NCBI GenBank assembly: GCA_036867785.1
Contig: CP145410.1
Coordinates: forward strand, 806,001-870,000
Reading direction: 5' to 3'
Length of the DNA stretch: 64,000 nucleotides
Origin: Plasmodiophora brassicae
Lineage: Eukaryota
Each line of letters opens with the position of its first letter. Positions within the stretch are counted from its first letter, which is position 1. Below the pieces are notes generated by a model, which saw only the letters and a list, made by a program, of their open reading frames with translations, searched no databases and was not told where the DNA came from. Of this stretch, positions 37,208 through 49,586 are shown one piece after another. The position numbers were made by a program, and so were the translations under genes.

Positions 37208-38742
37208 ATGAGTACCGTGACAGTCGCTGGTGACGGCAGCGTGGCGGAGGCCCTGCAAGGCCTGCGCCTGCCGACAGGGTACACTGCAGACTACGTCGTC
37301 CTGGGGTTCCCTGATAACAAGTCCACTGTCCTCTGCGTGGTCGCGACCGGGTTCGGTGGGATCGATGCGGTTCGCCCTCACCTCACTGAAGACCGTTCCC
37401 TGTTTGTCCTTCTTCGCTACTCAGTTGAGGTCAACGGGCACCCGACGGTCAAGTTTGCGCTGATCGACTGGACACCTTCGAGCCTGCCTCCGGTTCGTAA
37501 GGCTCTGCTGTCGACGCTGCGTGGATCGATCCTGGAGATCTGTTCGCCGTATGCAATCAGTGTTGACTGGAGCGACAAGAACGACATCGACCCGGAGCGC
37601 ATCGTCGATCGCATCGCTGCTGCCGCCGGCGTCAAGTCGAACGTTGTGGACAAGTCTGCTGTGGCCGCAGGCGCCCAGAAACCATCTGCATCCGCACCGG
37701 CAACGTCGTCCGCGCGAGCCGCTCCTCGAGACTTGAAACTGGCAGACGCGGTTCAGTTCTCTCCCGATGTCGTCGAGGCCGTTAAGACTGTTCGCCTTGA
37801 CACGTCGTCCACGGATTGGATGACGTGCTCGTATACGTCCTCGGCTACAGTCGGGGACGTACGATCCGGATCGAACGGTTTCGACGGGTTCCTGGAGCAG
37901 CTGTCGGACGACGTCGCATCGTACTCGTTCCTGCGGTTCCGTCAGGTGGTCAACAACGTCGACACGGTGAAGTTCGTGTTCGTGTCGCTGATTCCTGCAG
38001 CGACGCCTCCTGTCCAGCGTGCCAAGTACAGCACCCACCGCGGTCTCGCCCTGCAGACCTTGCAGCCGTTCCACTACGAGTTTGCTGTCGACTCGAAAGC
38101 GGATCTCAGTCTCGATCGCATCAAGAAGAAAATGGAGGAACTGGTAACGACGGTCACACTTGCAGAAACGGCCGGCAGGTTCTCATTCGTGCACCTGAGC
38201 AGACTGGGCAGCGGTCTATGGTGCGTTCTACGGCTGAACAGCAACGCGCGACGCAGCCAGCAACTTCGAAGATGCCTGGCGTTAGCGCGCCCGTCAAGTC
38301 AGAGGAGGGCATCAAGATCGTTGACGAGAAAGGAATGACCGCTGCGATTTCGGCTGTCCACAGTGGTGCGTCGACGTGGCTGGTGACTGCATTCACCAGC
38401 GATGGCGGACTGGAGGTCGTTGCCCATGGAGTCGGCCAGGCCGATGCTATGTCGAAAGCAGTGCGTTCCGACACAGTCAACATCTGCCTGATCCGCGTCA
38501 ACGATATCGTTGATGGGCACGACACTATCAAGTTCGTGCTGATCATTGTCCAAAGCCCTTCTGTATCCCCGCTTCGTCGCGCGCGTTTGGCAACCTCCAC
38601 CGGTGCCGCCAAGCGCCTGTTCGAGCCATTCCACGTGGACTTTTTCGTCGACGCCATCGGCGACATCACCCACGACCAGATTGTTGACAAGGTCGCATCC
38701 GCATCCGGCTCCAAATCACACGTTGTTCGGCAGGCAAAGTAG
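37208..38742 (+). CDS. Triple ADF-H (coactosin-like) actin-binding protein
   Basis: Three repeats: TVKFALIDW...RKALLST, TVKFVFVSL...RAKYST, TIKFVLIIV...RARLAT; one intron at about 38179-38241. Confidence 0.85.
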
Positions 38743-38926
38743 CCCGTCGCGTTCCTTTGATTGAAGTACTATGCTACAACATCGGTATCATTTGCCTATA
38801 CGGTGGTCGACCTTTTTTGCGGGCACCAGTCATGCCGGGGCCCCGGTTGACTGCACCGTCGTGGCTGCAGAGTCGCCAATGTAACGCCATAACGGTTCGG
38901 TTCGGGTTGAAGTGGGTAGGGCAATC

Positions 38927-39981
38927 ATGGCGATTGCCCGCTGTGGCGGCCGACGATGGCGGAGTTGGCGAGCGGGAGCGGCGCCGCCCTGCAAGCTGAC
39001 GAGGTGCAGGAACGTCCAGCGTATCGGAATCCTGTGGGCGATGCCGAGCGACCTGGCGCGGGAGGTGGCGGGTTATTTGAATGATGTCGACGCGGCATCG
39101 CTGGGGATGACGTGTCGCCGTCTGTTTGAGGCGGTTGCGACGATGATGCGATGGAAGGAAGCCGACCTGACCTGCTGCCTCTGCATCAACGATATCCAGT
39201 CGATCGTTCGAGTCTCTTGTCGACTGTTGACGTACATCGACCTCACGTTTTGCGAGCTGATCACCAATGACAACCTGCCCATGTTGGCGTCGTGCCGCCA
39301 GCTCCGTTACGTGTCGTTAATTTCGTGCACAAATATCGGTGGCGATGGGTTTGTTCCCGTTGTCCGGCACCTTCTCAACGCGACTCAGTTGGCGAGCGGC
39401 GGGACAATGGATCTGGCTGGGTGCTACCGGATCGTCGGGCAGCGTGATTGCAGTTTGGCGCTCATCGATCTAATGGCTGCTGCAAAGTGCTCCATCGATA
39501 TCGGCATCTGTGAACGATGTACGATCTGTATCGGACAGCTGTGCAGTGGGTGCGAAGAGATCGTTTGCGACGCGTGCTGCAAGGTTCAAGTCTGCGAACA
39601 GTGCTCCATGGCGTGGTGTGAGAACTGTCATATGGTTGTATGCTGTGGATCGTGCTTGAGCACGGTGAGGCTCGGCGTATTTCTTTCTGGAAACAGCAAC
39701 TGATTGATTCCGTTAGGTGTGTGACGTCTGCGACAATGTTGCAATCTGTGAAATGTGCAGAGTCTGCAGTTGCAATGGTCTGGAGTGTCGACCGATCGAA
39801 GCGTGTTTTGCGTGTTTTGGTGGTAAACTGTCTCCCGACGTGTTACTTGGGTTTGCTGTCTGACTTGTCTTTGTGCCCTCAAGTGCATTGCTTCTACGAC
39901 TGCATCAAGGACGATGAAGAGACTGGCAACCTGGCCATCAACGAATTTGCGTCAGCTCTCTCTTACGAGAATACGGAGTAA
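38927..39981 (+). CDS. F-box/LRR-like protein with Cys-rich (CxxC repeat) C-terminus
   Basis: MPSDLAREVAGYLNDVDAASLGMTCRRL F-box; LTYIDLTFCELIT / LRYVSLISCTNI LRRs; more than 8 CxxC motifs; start uncertain. Confidence 0.7.
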
Positions 39982-40088
39982 ACCGTATTGTTTCACTGTA
40001 TGCCGATGTGCGAGGATATAGATTCTTTGTCTGGGCGAAGATATCTAATTGATCGATCCGAATCCGAAGCTGTTGCTCGGCCAGCGGA

Positions 40089-40976
40089 ATGGCGAATCGT
40101 GGCGAACAGAGACGCCCTTCGACCGCCGGTGGCTCGAAGCCACATGGCCTGCAGACCACCAGGAAGTCGGAACATTACTTTTTCTCCAACTACCAGCTGA
40201 CGAACAGGTACCCGTCGCTGATGCGACCATATTGACCGCCGAGTCGTAACTAATCCGATAGTGCCGTTGCGTCCCGTTCCAACATACCTGCCTATACGCG
40301 GCCGTCCAAGCCAACGATCACGCGTTCGTACAGCACTGTCAAGAGCGAATACCAGGACAGCATGTCTCAGGGCATCAAGCCCAAACTGTCAACGACAGAA
40401 TGTGAGTGTCCCGCAGTTCACACTTGCGAATTCAGCTCAATGCAACAAATCCAGTGAAATCTAATCCATCCAAGAGAGTGCACGGGTCAGGAAAGAAGCT
40501 ATTTGACGGTATCCCGCCTTCGTTGGCATACAAGGTGTCTAAACGTGAGAGGCTGCTCGTAGGGCTCGTTATGGCAGATGTTTACCGGGTAGAGACACTA
40601 ACATTACTATTATTTGATGGCGTCACAGGCCAGTCAGTCTCCCGTAGGCCCAGAACACCGTTGGAACTGGGACAAACCACCAAAGACTCGAGTCCCAGAA
40701 ACGGGCCTCGCGCGAACATCTGACGAGGCGACAAGGCGTGCCAAGTTCAATGCAAACCACCCTAATTCAATGGATTCGATTATCAGACATTGGAGGGAGA
40801 GAATGGCGGTTTCCAGGAGCCAAGAACCGGTCCACTATCATCGAAAGAACCTGTTCAGCAGGCAGAGGTTCATTGACGGGACTGCCGACATCAAGCAAAT
40901 TATCCATGACTACCCTTACGACTCAACTGGCCTAACGCCAAACCTGATCGATCCAGCCAATGTCAAACCCTTGTAA
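40089..40976 (+). CDS. Hypothetical basic low-complexity protein
   Basis: Spliced reading MANRGEQRRPSTAGG...KSEYQDSM...HPNSMDSIIRHW...IDPANVKPL*. Confidence 0.5.
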
Positions 40977-40985
40977 CGTTCGCCA

Positions 40986-42227
40986 TCAGTAAATACTTGA
41001 CAATGTATTGGCCTCCTTGTCGGTCGTTTCAAGGGTTTCGATACACTTGCCAGCTGTCGTCGCCACGCCTTCGTGAATGCAAAGACGTTTGCCAAATGTG
41101 TGAAGGTCGTCGATCTCCTTCAAAGCTGCCTCTTTCTGGCGGTTGAGCTTGTGATAGGCAAACAATGCCATTAGGAGCGGTAGGTGCCATAGGGAGCTAC
41201 GGAACAGTGACCGAGCGGACGCGTCCGATGGCGCGCTGTAGAACTGGAATGCGTTGTAGAGAATGAAGGAATTCGCCGCAAGTCCATGAGCAACAAACAT
41301 GCCGTTCGTCATACCGGCTGCTGTCGTGGCAACAGGGAGCAAGAATAACATGCCCGTATAGATGAGAGACGCGCGAGCTGTCGTCTTTCCATCGGCGTCA
41401 TTCAACGACAGCATTCGATAGCCACCTAACGAGACTAATTACAAATAGCGATCAGCGTATATCACTGACGTGGTCGCATACCGGATCGATAGTCGTGCCG
41501 AAGAATCCAGGCCAAAGACAAGAAATGAGGCATCTGCCACAGGAATAGAATGGATGAAAGAGCAACCACCTCGGGCGCAAACAAACACCCAGTTGCTGCC
41601 GTCCAACCCATTACTGGCGGAATCGCTCCGACGATCGCACCTGCAGTAACTGATATATCAAACATCATGGTAGACGAGACCATGAATTGGAGGGCACGGA
41701 CCGATCTCCGTGTTCCATGGAGTTATCTTCTTCAGTGGAGTGTATACGTTTGTGTAGAAGACGAGGTTCGCCAGCCCAAGGGCAGCCGTCAGAGGATTCG
41801 TCCCGGCGCACAGCACGGCTAGTCCGGCCCCTCCAGTGACAGCGCTGAGACATCAACGTCGGAATGTGACATGTCCGATAGGAATAATCCTTGACAGAAT
41901 TACCCGAACAAGGAGGCCTGTTTGACATTGATTCGACCCGACGGCAGCGGCCGCGATCGTGTCCGCTTCATTTTGGCATCGCTTGCAATCTATCAATCCA
42001 GGTCTAACCATGCACCATTTCATCAACGATGCCTAAACGACCTCGATGATCTGATTGAAAGCGCCGGCACTGCATGCAGTCAGCAACGTGCCACCTACGG
42101 CCGCCGCCAGCGCCACGCCGTCAAGAGGGCTCCCAGCGGCCAGGAATCCAAACCCGGTCGTTGTCGCCACCAGTCCCGACAGCCGCAACTTGGACAGGCG
42201 CGGCATGCATTGCACCAGGCGCAGCAT
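40986..42227 (-). CDS. COX10: Protoheme IX farnesyltransferase (heme O synthase)
   Basis: [65 protein letters not shown]. Confidence 0.93.
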
Positions 42228-42630
42228 CGACGACTGGCCACTCCTGATCCTGGGCACGTGAACGACGGACCCGCCTTCACTGTCGAAAAAAACAAAGTGC
42301 CCAGTTCCAACTGCCAGCGGAAAAACGGCATCACGCTCAACCCGCGACCGTGACAGCAAAGCTGCCCCCAAAATTCTCTGGGACGACAGGAACCGGTACG
42401 AACTGGTATGATGTCCGAAGGAGACGGGTAGGTGTGATGACCGGATTCAGGTGCTGGCCGTCGTGGTCGCAACTGACCCTGGTCTGGAAATAGACCTATA
42501 GCCGTGCTATAAGGTGGCGGCTGGCGGCAAATTGGGGTTTGCCTATCGGCCAGTTTGCGCAGTGCGACGGGGTTTCGTTCAGTGTCACCGCGACCGTGTC
42601 GCCCCACCTGGACGCGTACAGCGCTTCCTA

Positions 42631-43386
42631 ATGGGCGCCCTGGGCAAGTTCAGCGTCGTCGCGGTCAAATCGGCGCTACTCTGTTTGCTGGTCTGGCCGT
42701 TTTCGTACCTACTGGATCTGCTGGCGAATCCCCGTGCAGCGCTCGTGTCTGTGTTTGCGCTCAATTCCCTGCTTGCCGTCTATTCCATCGTGTCAATGTC
42801 GAATTCGGCTACGGGCGCCCACGACAAGGCGCTCGTCATCCCAATGCTCCCGTCAATTGCAATGACGACGACGTTGATCGGATACTATATCGGCGCAGTG
42901 AATGCATCCGTGTTTGTAATTATCGCAGCGATATTCGGTGTCGTCTGCATTGAAGGTATTGTGACGCAACCTCCTAGTTGTTTGCGCTTACTGAAGTGGT
43001 ACCACTAGGGATTGTCCTGCTTTCTGTTCTGATGGGGAACAGCAGGGAGATCGTCGTACAGCAGGCAACAACTTCGATCGGGATCTTGTCTCCGCTCATC
43101 ATGTCTCTCGTCTGGCTAGTAACAAGCAGTGGTGCTGCTTTCCGATATGGATGCCTGATATCCGTTATCGCATCATTCTGCAATGTCCTATTCAACAAGT
43201 TAGCCCACGAGTTACTAATGCGCGGCTATAACGTGTGGCATCTGACTCGGCTACTCAATGTTTAGGGCATCGCTCTCAGTCGGGTTTCCACAGATCCCTG
43301 GGGACACTCCTTCTACGCCAACAGTTATTCCGGCGAGACAGCTCAAACGCGAAGCCTCTCAGCGCGAGCGGCGTGCACGCCAATAA
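42631..43386 (+). CDS. Multi-pass membrane protein of unknown function
   Basis: About 6-7 hydrophobic segments across three inferred exons. Confidence 0.55.
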
Positions 43387-43553
43387 CTCTTCATCATTCT
43401 ATCTGCTCTTTAATATACAATCGACTACATTGCCCATGCCATTCCAACATAAGTTCTGCGTTACTGTTTATGTTCCGGGGTCACTGAAAAGTGCGATCGC
43501 TGATTGATGTCAAGTTCCGGCCCTAGACACGAGACGCGATTCCAAAGCGTATT

Positions 43554-44145
43554 ATGGGAACCTGCTGCTCATGTGTGCGACGCCGCCGCCGCCGGTCTCT
43601 GTCGTCTAGGGGAGGATCGCGAGATCGTCTGCTTCGAGATTCGACAGCGCCGACCCTGCCGCGGCTGGACCCGGGCCAGGCACGATTTAATGGTCATATG
43701 ATTGAGACGCGGCTTGGGAAAATCCAGGAACCCGTGCGATCGTAGGCCTGGCTGTATCGTCCAAGGAACAACAGTCTACTGACCAACCGTACAGTGAGGT
43801 TGGCGACGTGTCTATGTCCCAAGACGGCGTTCGAATACGCCTACCGATATTGAAGAAGAACTGCACGTTAGTTGTGCTACCAGACGACCGAAACCACCGT
43901 ATATGGGCTCGTCTGGAGTATTCCGATGGCAAGTCGTACCAGTCGTCTCAAGCAAGCAGTACCCTGGCGCGGTTACATGACGCCCGAGCAGGGTACATCG
44001 ACATCATATTCCCCGTCGAGGAACACGAAATTATTGTCAGTGGGCGATTGGCGTGGAGGTAGGCGGTACTTCATTGCACGTTTGTGCTAGTCCTTTCGCT
44101 AAGGGAAGTACCTGTTCAGAACGTCCGCTGGCGTGTCGTCAGTGA
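43554..44145 (+). CDS. Hypothetical protein with N-terminal dual-acylation motif
   Basis: [14 protein letters not shown]; three inferred exons ending ...PLACRQ*. Confidence 0.55.
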
Positions 44146-44380
44146 AATTAGAGGCTGGCGGTTAACTATCTACATAGCCATTGAAATATATAACTGGTCT
44201 GGTCCGTCCGCACCGCAGTTGGTGCCACGCCGTTGCTCGGTCTCGTCGATCGAAGACGGTCCAGGTAGGTGTCACTGCGAGGATCAGGTCCAGGACTGTG
44301 ATCTGTACCTGTACTCCGGCAACTGGGATTGGGCACGGACTGCGCGCGACGGTTGGCCTCGGCGACAGTCGGCGGTCGTC

Positions 44381-44866
44381 ATGCCCAAGTACTACTGCGA
44401 TTACTGCGATCGCTTCCTGACGCACGACTCCTTCCAAGGGCGCAAGCAGCACAATCGCGGCAAGAAGCACCAGGACAACATTCGGATCTACTTCTCGCAG
44501 TTCCTGTCGACGCACGGCCCTGGCGGGGTCCCGCTGACCGAAATGTACCCGAATGGCGTGCCACCGTATTTCGGGATGCCTCCCCCTATGCCTCCCGCCG
44601 TAATATCCTTGTGGTAATTCGCCACGCTACAGCATCTGACATTGTGCTAGGGGTTCATGGGAGGCCCGCCGCCACCATTCCCTTACCCGCCACCAGGACC
44701 GCCCCAGTTCGGCGCTGGCATGCCTCCGCCCCACATGCCGCCTCCACAAGGTGTAATGCCGATGCCCCCGCACGCCATGCCTGTTCCACCGCCTGGTATG
44801 CCCATGCCGGCGCCACCTCACATGCCAATGCATCTTCCTGTCGGCGCCCCTCCACCTCCCCAATAA
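44381..44866 (+). CDS. SNRPC: U1 snRNP protein C
   Basis: [17 protein letters not shown]...[10 protein letters not shown]; Pro/Met-rich tail; one intron. Confidence 0.95.
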
Positions 44867-45053
44867 AGCTGTCACTGCCTGCAGATATACGGTCGTCTAT
44901 TCATTGTCTGCTACATGCTTGAGCTTAGCTTAGGCACATGCAGGTGAAGCAGCAGCAGTACGAGGACTGTGAGTACCTATGTGTTGGTAGATAGAAGCGT
45001 CGAAACGCGGCGGCGTCGACGGTGCACTGCGGAGTCCGCGTCTCCCAGCGACA

Positions 45054-46259
45054 ATGCACGACCGGCAGGAGAACGGCGACGGCGAAGAGTGCCAGCCGCA
45101 CGCCTTCTGGGACACTCAGCCAGTGCCGCGCCTGAACGAGGTCATCACGGACGACGGTGCCCATGGGCCGATCGACAAGCCACGTGTTGTTGCTGACGTG
45201 CGACCTACGCCGTACGCGCTGCCGGAGCCGTACGAATGGTATGACCTGGACATGACCAACCCAGAAGAGGTTGACCAGCTGTACGACCTCCTGACGAAGA
45301 ACTACGTCGAGGACAGCGATGCCATGTTCCGCTTCGACTATTCTCGCGAGTTTCTTTGCTGGGCGTTGATGCCGCCTGGGTTTCGTCGCGACTGGCACCC
45401 GGCCGTGCGCATAAAGTCGTCCAAGAAGCTGGTGGCGTTCATCAGCGCCATCCCGGCCAAGGTCCAGGCGTACAACAGCGCGATACCGATGGTGGAGATC
45501 AACTACCTGTGCGTCCACAAGAAGCTGAGAAACAAGCGGCTGGCGCCAGTGCTGATCAAGGAGATCACGAGGCGCGTGAACCTGACAAACGTATGGCAGG
45601 CAGCCTATACCGCCGGCGCGTTGCTGCCGAAGCCCGTTGCGCGAAACCGGTACTATCATCGTACGCTGAACGCGAAGAAGCTTGTCGATGTCGGCTTCAC
45701 CCAGCTGGGGCGTCGTATGACGATGAAGATGATGCAGCGGCTGTGTCATCTGGAAGACGAGACGTCGATCCCTGGCCTGCGGCAGATGACGCCCGAAGAT
45801 GTACCGGGCGCACATGCATTGCTGTCCAAGTACCTGTCCAGTTTCAAGCTGTTCGCCCGTTTTGAGCCTGAAGAGTTCGCCCACTGGTTCTCACCTCGCG
45901 ATAAGATCGTGTACGCGTTCGTCGTCGAAGATCCGAAGACGCACGAAATCACAGACATGATCAGCTTCTACAGTCTGCCGTCGTCTGTTCTTGGGCATCC
46001 AGTGCACCAGACTCTGTACGCCGCGTTCTCTTTCTATAACGTCGCCGGCTCCGTCGAATGGCCGGTTCTCATGCGCAATGCGCTGATCCTTGCCAAGCGC
46101 CACGGCTTCGATGTCTTCAACGTATTGAACATCATGGACAACGACAAGTTCCTGGACCCGTTGCGATTCGGCAGGGGTGATGGCAATCTTCATTACTACC
46201 TGTACAACTGGAAATGTCCCGAGGTGGCCTCACCTGGCGTCGCCTTAGTACTCATGTGA
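45054..46259 (+). CDS. NMT1: Glycylpeptide N-myristoyltransferase
   Basis: FWDTQPVP, NYVEDSDAMFRFDYS, EINYLCVHKKLRNKRLAPVLIKEITRR, FGRGDGNLHYYLYNW; intronless. Confidence 0.97.
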   Translation: MHDRQENGDGEECQPHAFWDTQPVPRLNEVITDDGAHGPIDKPRVVADVRPTPYALPEPYEWYDLDMTNPEEVDQLYDLLTKNYVEDSDAMFRFDYSREFLCWALMPPGFRRDWHPAVRIKSSKKLVAFISAIPAKVQAYNSAIPMVEINYLCVHKKLRNKRLAPVLIKEITRRVNLTNVWQAAYTAGALLPKPVARNRYYHRTLNAKKLVDVGFTQLGRRMTMKMMQRLCHLEDETSIPGLRQMTPEDVPGAHALLSKYLSSFKLFARFEPEEFAHWFSPRDKIVYAFVVEDPKTHEITDMISFYSLPSSVLGHPVHQTLYAAFSFYNVAGSVEWPVLMRNALILAKRHGFDVFNVLNIMDNDKFLDPLRFGRGDGNLHYYLYNWKCPEVASPGVALVLM

Positions 46260-46473
46260 GAGCACACCCTTTTGAATACACTCGAAAGAACCCGTGCCCC
46301 GGCCCACGATAATCTTCTGTCACGCTGAGTATCCCATGAGGGCGACCTAATGTGCATCAATGCTATTTATTTCCCTTCCGAGTCCCTTCCACCTCATGAC
46401 AGCGAGAACGCAGCCGGCGCGCGTCAGTAATCTGCTGAACATGTACTTGTACTGTACAAGAATAATATCGGTT

Positions 46474-46771
46474 TTAAGGTTCAATCATTTCGCTTTCAAA
46501 ATCGTCCTCGTCTTCGAATGAATTCAGGTCGTGCCATTTCTCGATCTCTGTCTTCAGGAACGCCATGATTTCGTCGGAATCTTTCACGAACAGGTGCCGC
46601 GAGTCCAACTCGTCCAGAATGAACGACGTTTTCGTTGCGTTGAGATGGCGCAGATACTCCCTCAGCGCAACGTCGCTACGATTTGCGCAGTGTCATGGAA
46701 CCGTGTCAGAAAAACGTTGCCCAGAGACGTTCCCACCATTCAATGAGACGCCCCCTCATGAGCCGCACCAT
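46474..46771 (-). CDS. TFB5: TFIIH p8 subunit (Tfb5/GTF2H5)
   Basis: Two-exon reading MVRLMRGRLIEC|DVALREYLRHLN...FILDELDSRHLFV...; absent from the ORF track. Confidence 0.88.
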
Positions 46772-47255
46772 ATCGACGAAGCGATATCGGTCGTCACGGA
46801 AGGACGAGCTACCCGAACCCGCAGCGCGCCTTCGGACACGGACGCCGTGGTGTGGGCCAGCAAGGCGGAAGAAAGACCTCAAAGTCAGACTATGGCCATA
46901 AGCAAATCCCCCGATGTCTAAAACAGATACCTATGTAGGTAGCGGCGTATCGGTGATGGCCGCGCGTCCTTACACCAGACTGAACCGCATGTTCAGTGAG
47001 ATGACTGGCGCAGTACTAGAGGACGGTATCAGTCCCTCCATTGGGGTTCGCGCGGCAGTTAAACGCTCTCTGTCTCAATTGTGAACACTGTGTCCCGATG
47101 GCGACGGTATACGGGCTTTCGAAACAGGATGGGCAGTGTGGTGTGGGAACCGGCAATCGGATACGTCAGCTAGAAATAGCGATAGTGGCAGTCGGCGACT
47201 GGCGAATCGAGTTGGACGTCGCGGCAGCAGACTGCGCGTTTGTGCGGCCGCCATC

Positions 47256-49254
47256 ATGGCTCTGGCGCCGTTTGCCATGACGGTCCTGTACGGGTCGCAG
47301 TCCGGCTGCGCGCAGGACGTCGCCGAACGAATTGCCCGGCATGCTCGACTCTGGCAGGTCCCGGTCACCCTGTCGTGCATGGATGACTTCGGCATGGTAC
47401 GCATTGTGGACCTTCGCCTCTAATGCGATTGCAATCGCGTGCTGATTGCGGTGTTGCTCCAGGAAAGGCTAGAGAAGATCATGGCTGATCACTACCACGT
47501 CTTCGTAGCATCGACCACAGGACAGGGTGTTGCTCCTGATAATATGAGTCGGCTGTGGCGGTCGTTGCTGAGCAAACGCCTTCCTAGCAACCATCTAGAG
47601 CATATGCGATTCGCTGTGTTCGGGTTGGGAGATTCGTCCTACCCGATTTATAACGCAGTTGCGAGGCGTTTATTCCAGCGTCTGCTCGACCTGGGCGCTG
47701 TTGCGTTCTATCCCAGAGGACTCGGTGACGACCAGCACGACCTGGGCTATGATGGCGATTTCATGCCCTGGATGGATGGCATGTGGCGTAGGCTTCGCGA
47801 GCTTCATCCCTCACTGGACGCCATGCGATTGGATGAACTTGCACCGAGGTACAAGGTCTCTTTGGTGGATGGTGTCCCTGACGACCATGTACCTCTGGGG
47901 TCATTTGGCCAGGGAGTTGGTCGGTATATACCCCTTCCGGCGCCTGTTCTCGATAGTCGCCGGATCACGCCTGAAGATCATTTCCAAGACGTCCGGATCG
48001 TGGAGCTCTCAGCCCGACATGTACGATACACTCCCGGTGACATTGTAACTATTGTTGTATGGTGCAAAGTTTGCTGGTTCCTAAACTCATTACTGATCAG
48101 TTGATCATCCATCCAAGGAATTCAGTGGAAGCGGCAAGACAATTCATTGTTGACAGGATTCGCATGGATCCGCTCACTGTTGTCGTTATTGAGTGCAAGG
48201 ATGATGACGGCAAACTCCCAACTGGTTGCAAGGTGACGATCCTCGATCTGTTTGTCCGGTTCCTGGACATATTCGGCACTCCTCGGCGCCACTTCTTTGA
48301 GGTTTGCCTCTGAGGTATTGCCTTGCCCCATCGTCGGGCTGACTTTGCTGTTCAGTTCTTAGCGCAATTTGCAACCGACGATGTGGAGAAAGAACGTCTA
48401 CTGGAACTGTCATCACCTGAGGGCCAGGCCGACCTTCTTGCTTATAACTTCAGGGAACGCAGAACATACGCCGAGGTCTTGAACGACTTCCCTTCTGCTC
48501 AGGTCCCGCTTGCACGACTGTTAGAAGAGGTTCCACGTCTGGCTCCCCGGCAATTCTCCATCGCGTCATCTCCTCGTGCTCATCCGGATCGTATCCAAAT
48601 ATTAGCGGCTATCGTGGAGTTCCAGACGCCTTATAAGCGACGTCGTGTGGGATTGTGCTCACATTTCCTGAGAACGCTGAAGGTTGGCGACTCTGTTGAC
48701 GTCTGGTCGCGATCTGGATGTTTATCTATTCCACCGTCTCCCGTTCCGATGATCATGGTCGGTCCGGGCACTGGGATTGCTCCATTTCGTTCTATGTGCA
48801 ATGAACTGTCATTCCTGCACGACCGGGGGCCATCAGAAATCCGGGTCTACTTCGGCTGTCGATACAAGGCCAACGATTTCTACTTCGAATTTGAGTGGGA
48901 CCAGCTGCTCAGCCGTGGCACGATCACCGCGTTTGTGCCCGCTTTCTCAAGAGATCAACCGAACAAGGTGTATGTTCAGGATCAGCTGCGAGAGCAAGGC
49001 GCCGACGTTTGGCGAATCCTGAGTGGCGGCGGCGTGTTCTATTTGGCGGGGTACGTCTCGTAAGGTTCTGGCTCTGCGTCTCCCGTTGCTGAGTATGGCT
49101 TGCTTTTGACAGGTCGTCGAACAGTATGCCCAAGCAAGTGCAAGATGCTATAATCGATATCTGTATTGAGTACGGCCACATGACGGATGATGATGCCCGA
49201 ACATTCGTGAGGCAATTGCAGCGTCGCGGCCAGTATGTTATTGAAACATGGTAG
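47256..49254 (+). CDS. NDOR1: NADPH-dependent diflavin oxidoreductase 1 (Tah18)
   Basis: VLYGSQSGCAQDVAE, STTGQG, FGLGDSSY, DHFQDVR, PRQFSIASS, MVGPGTGIAPFR, C-terminal ETW. Confidence 0.92.
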
Positions 49255-49586
49255 CCATTGTTTCCGACTTCGAGGGATTGCCGCGCGCTCGAAGCACTCC
49301 TATCGCAAACAGTGACAACACGTCGTTCGCATAGTGTGCTTCCCGGCGCCCTTGTCGGTGCTGGAGTCTGGCAGTGTCCGCTTTGACAACTGCGATAAGG
49401 CCAGAACGGGTCAGTTAGGGCGGTAGTTCTAGCCTATACAATAACTCAGCAGACGTGTTCGATTCTCACGCTCGATCGAAGCAGGAGAGACATGGAGAAA
49501 CACGCTGCTAACGCGGTTAAGCCAACTGGCCGCCGTTAGCCGGTTGGGCCTCGAGAGACGTATCAGTTGTATTTGGAACACTCGAG

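Noticed and set aside
42493-42503. 11-mer GACCTATAGCC also present at 57972-57982
   Set aside because: Repeated 11-mers are expected by chance in 64 kb
44084-44617. Apparent N-terminally extended or fused U1-C ORF
   Set aside because: The upstream gene splices into a different frame that stops at 44145, and U1-C has its canonical MPKYYCDYC start at 44381
44925-45884. Long antisense ORFs over NMT and similarly over Cdc14, MAK and the ADF-H gene
   Set aside because: These are shadow ORFs caused by GC-rich codon usage on the coding strand
49400-49480. GTTCGA T-loop-like motif suggesting a tRNA
   Set aside because: No cloverleaf stems could be formed
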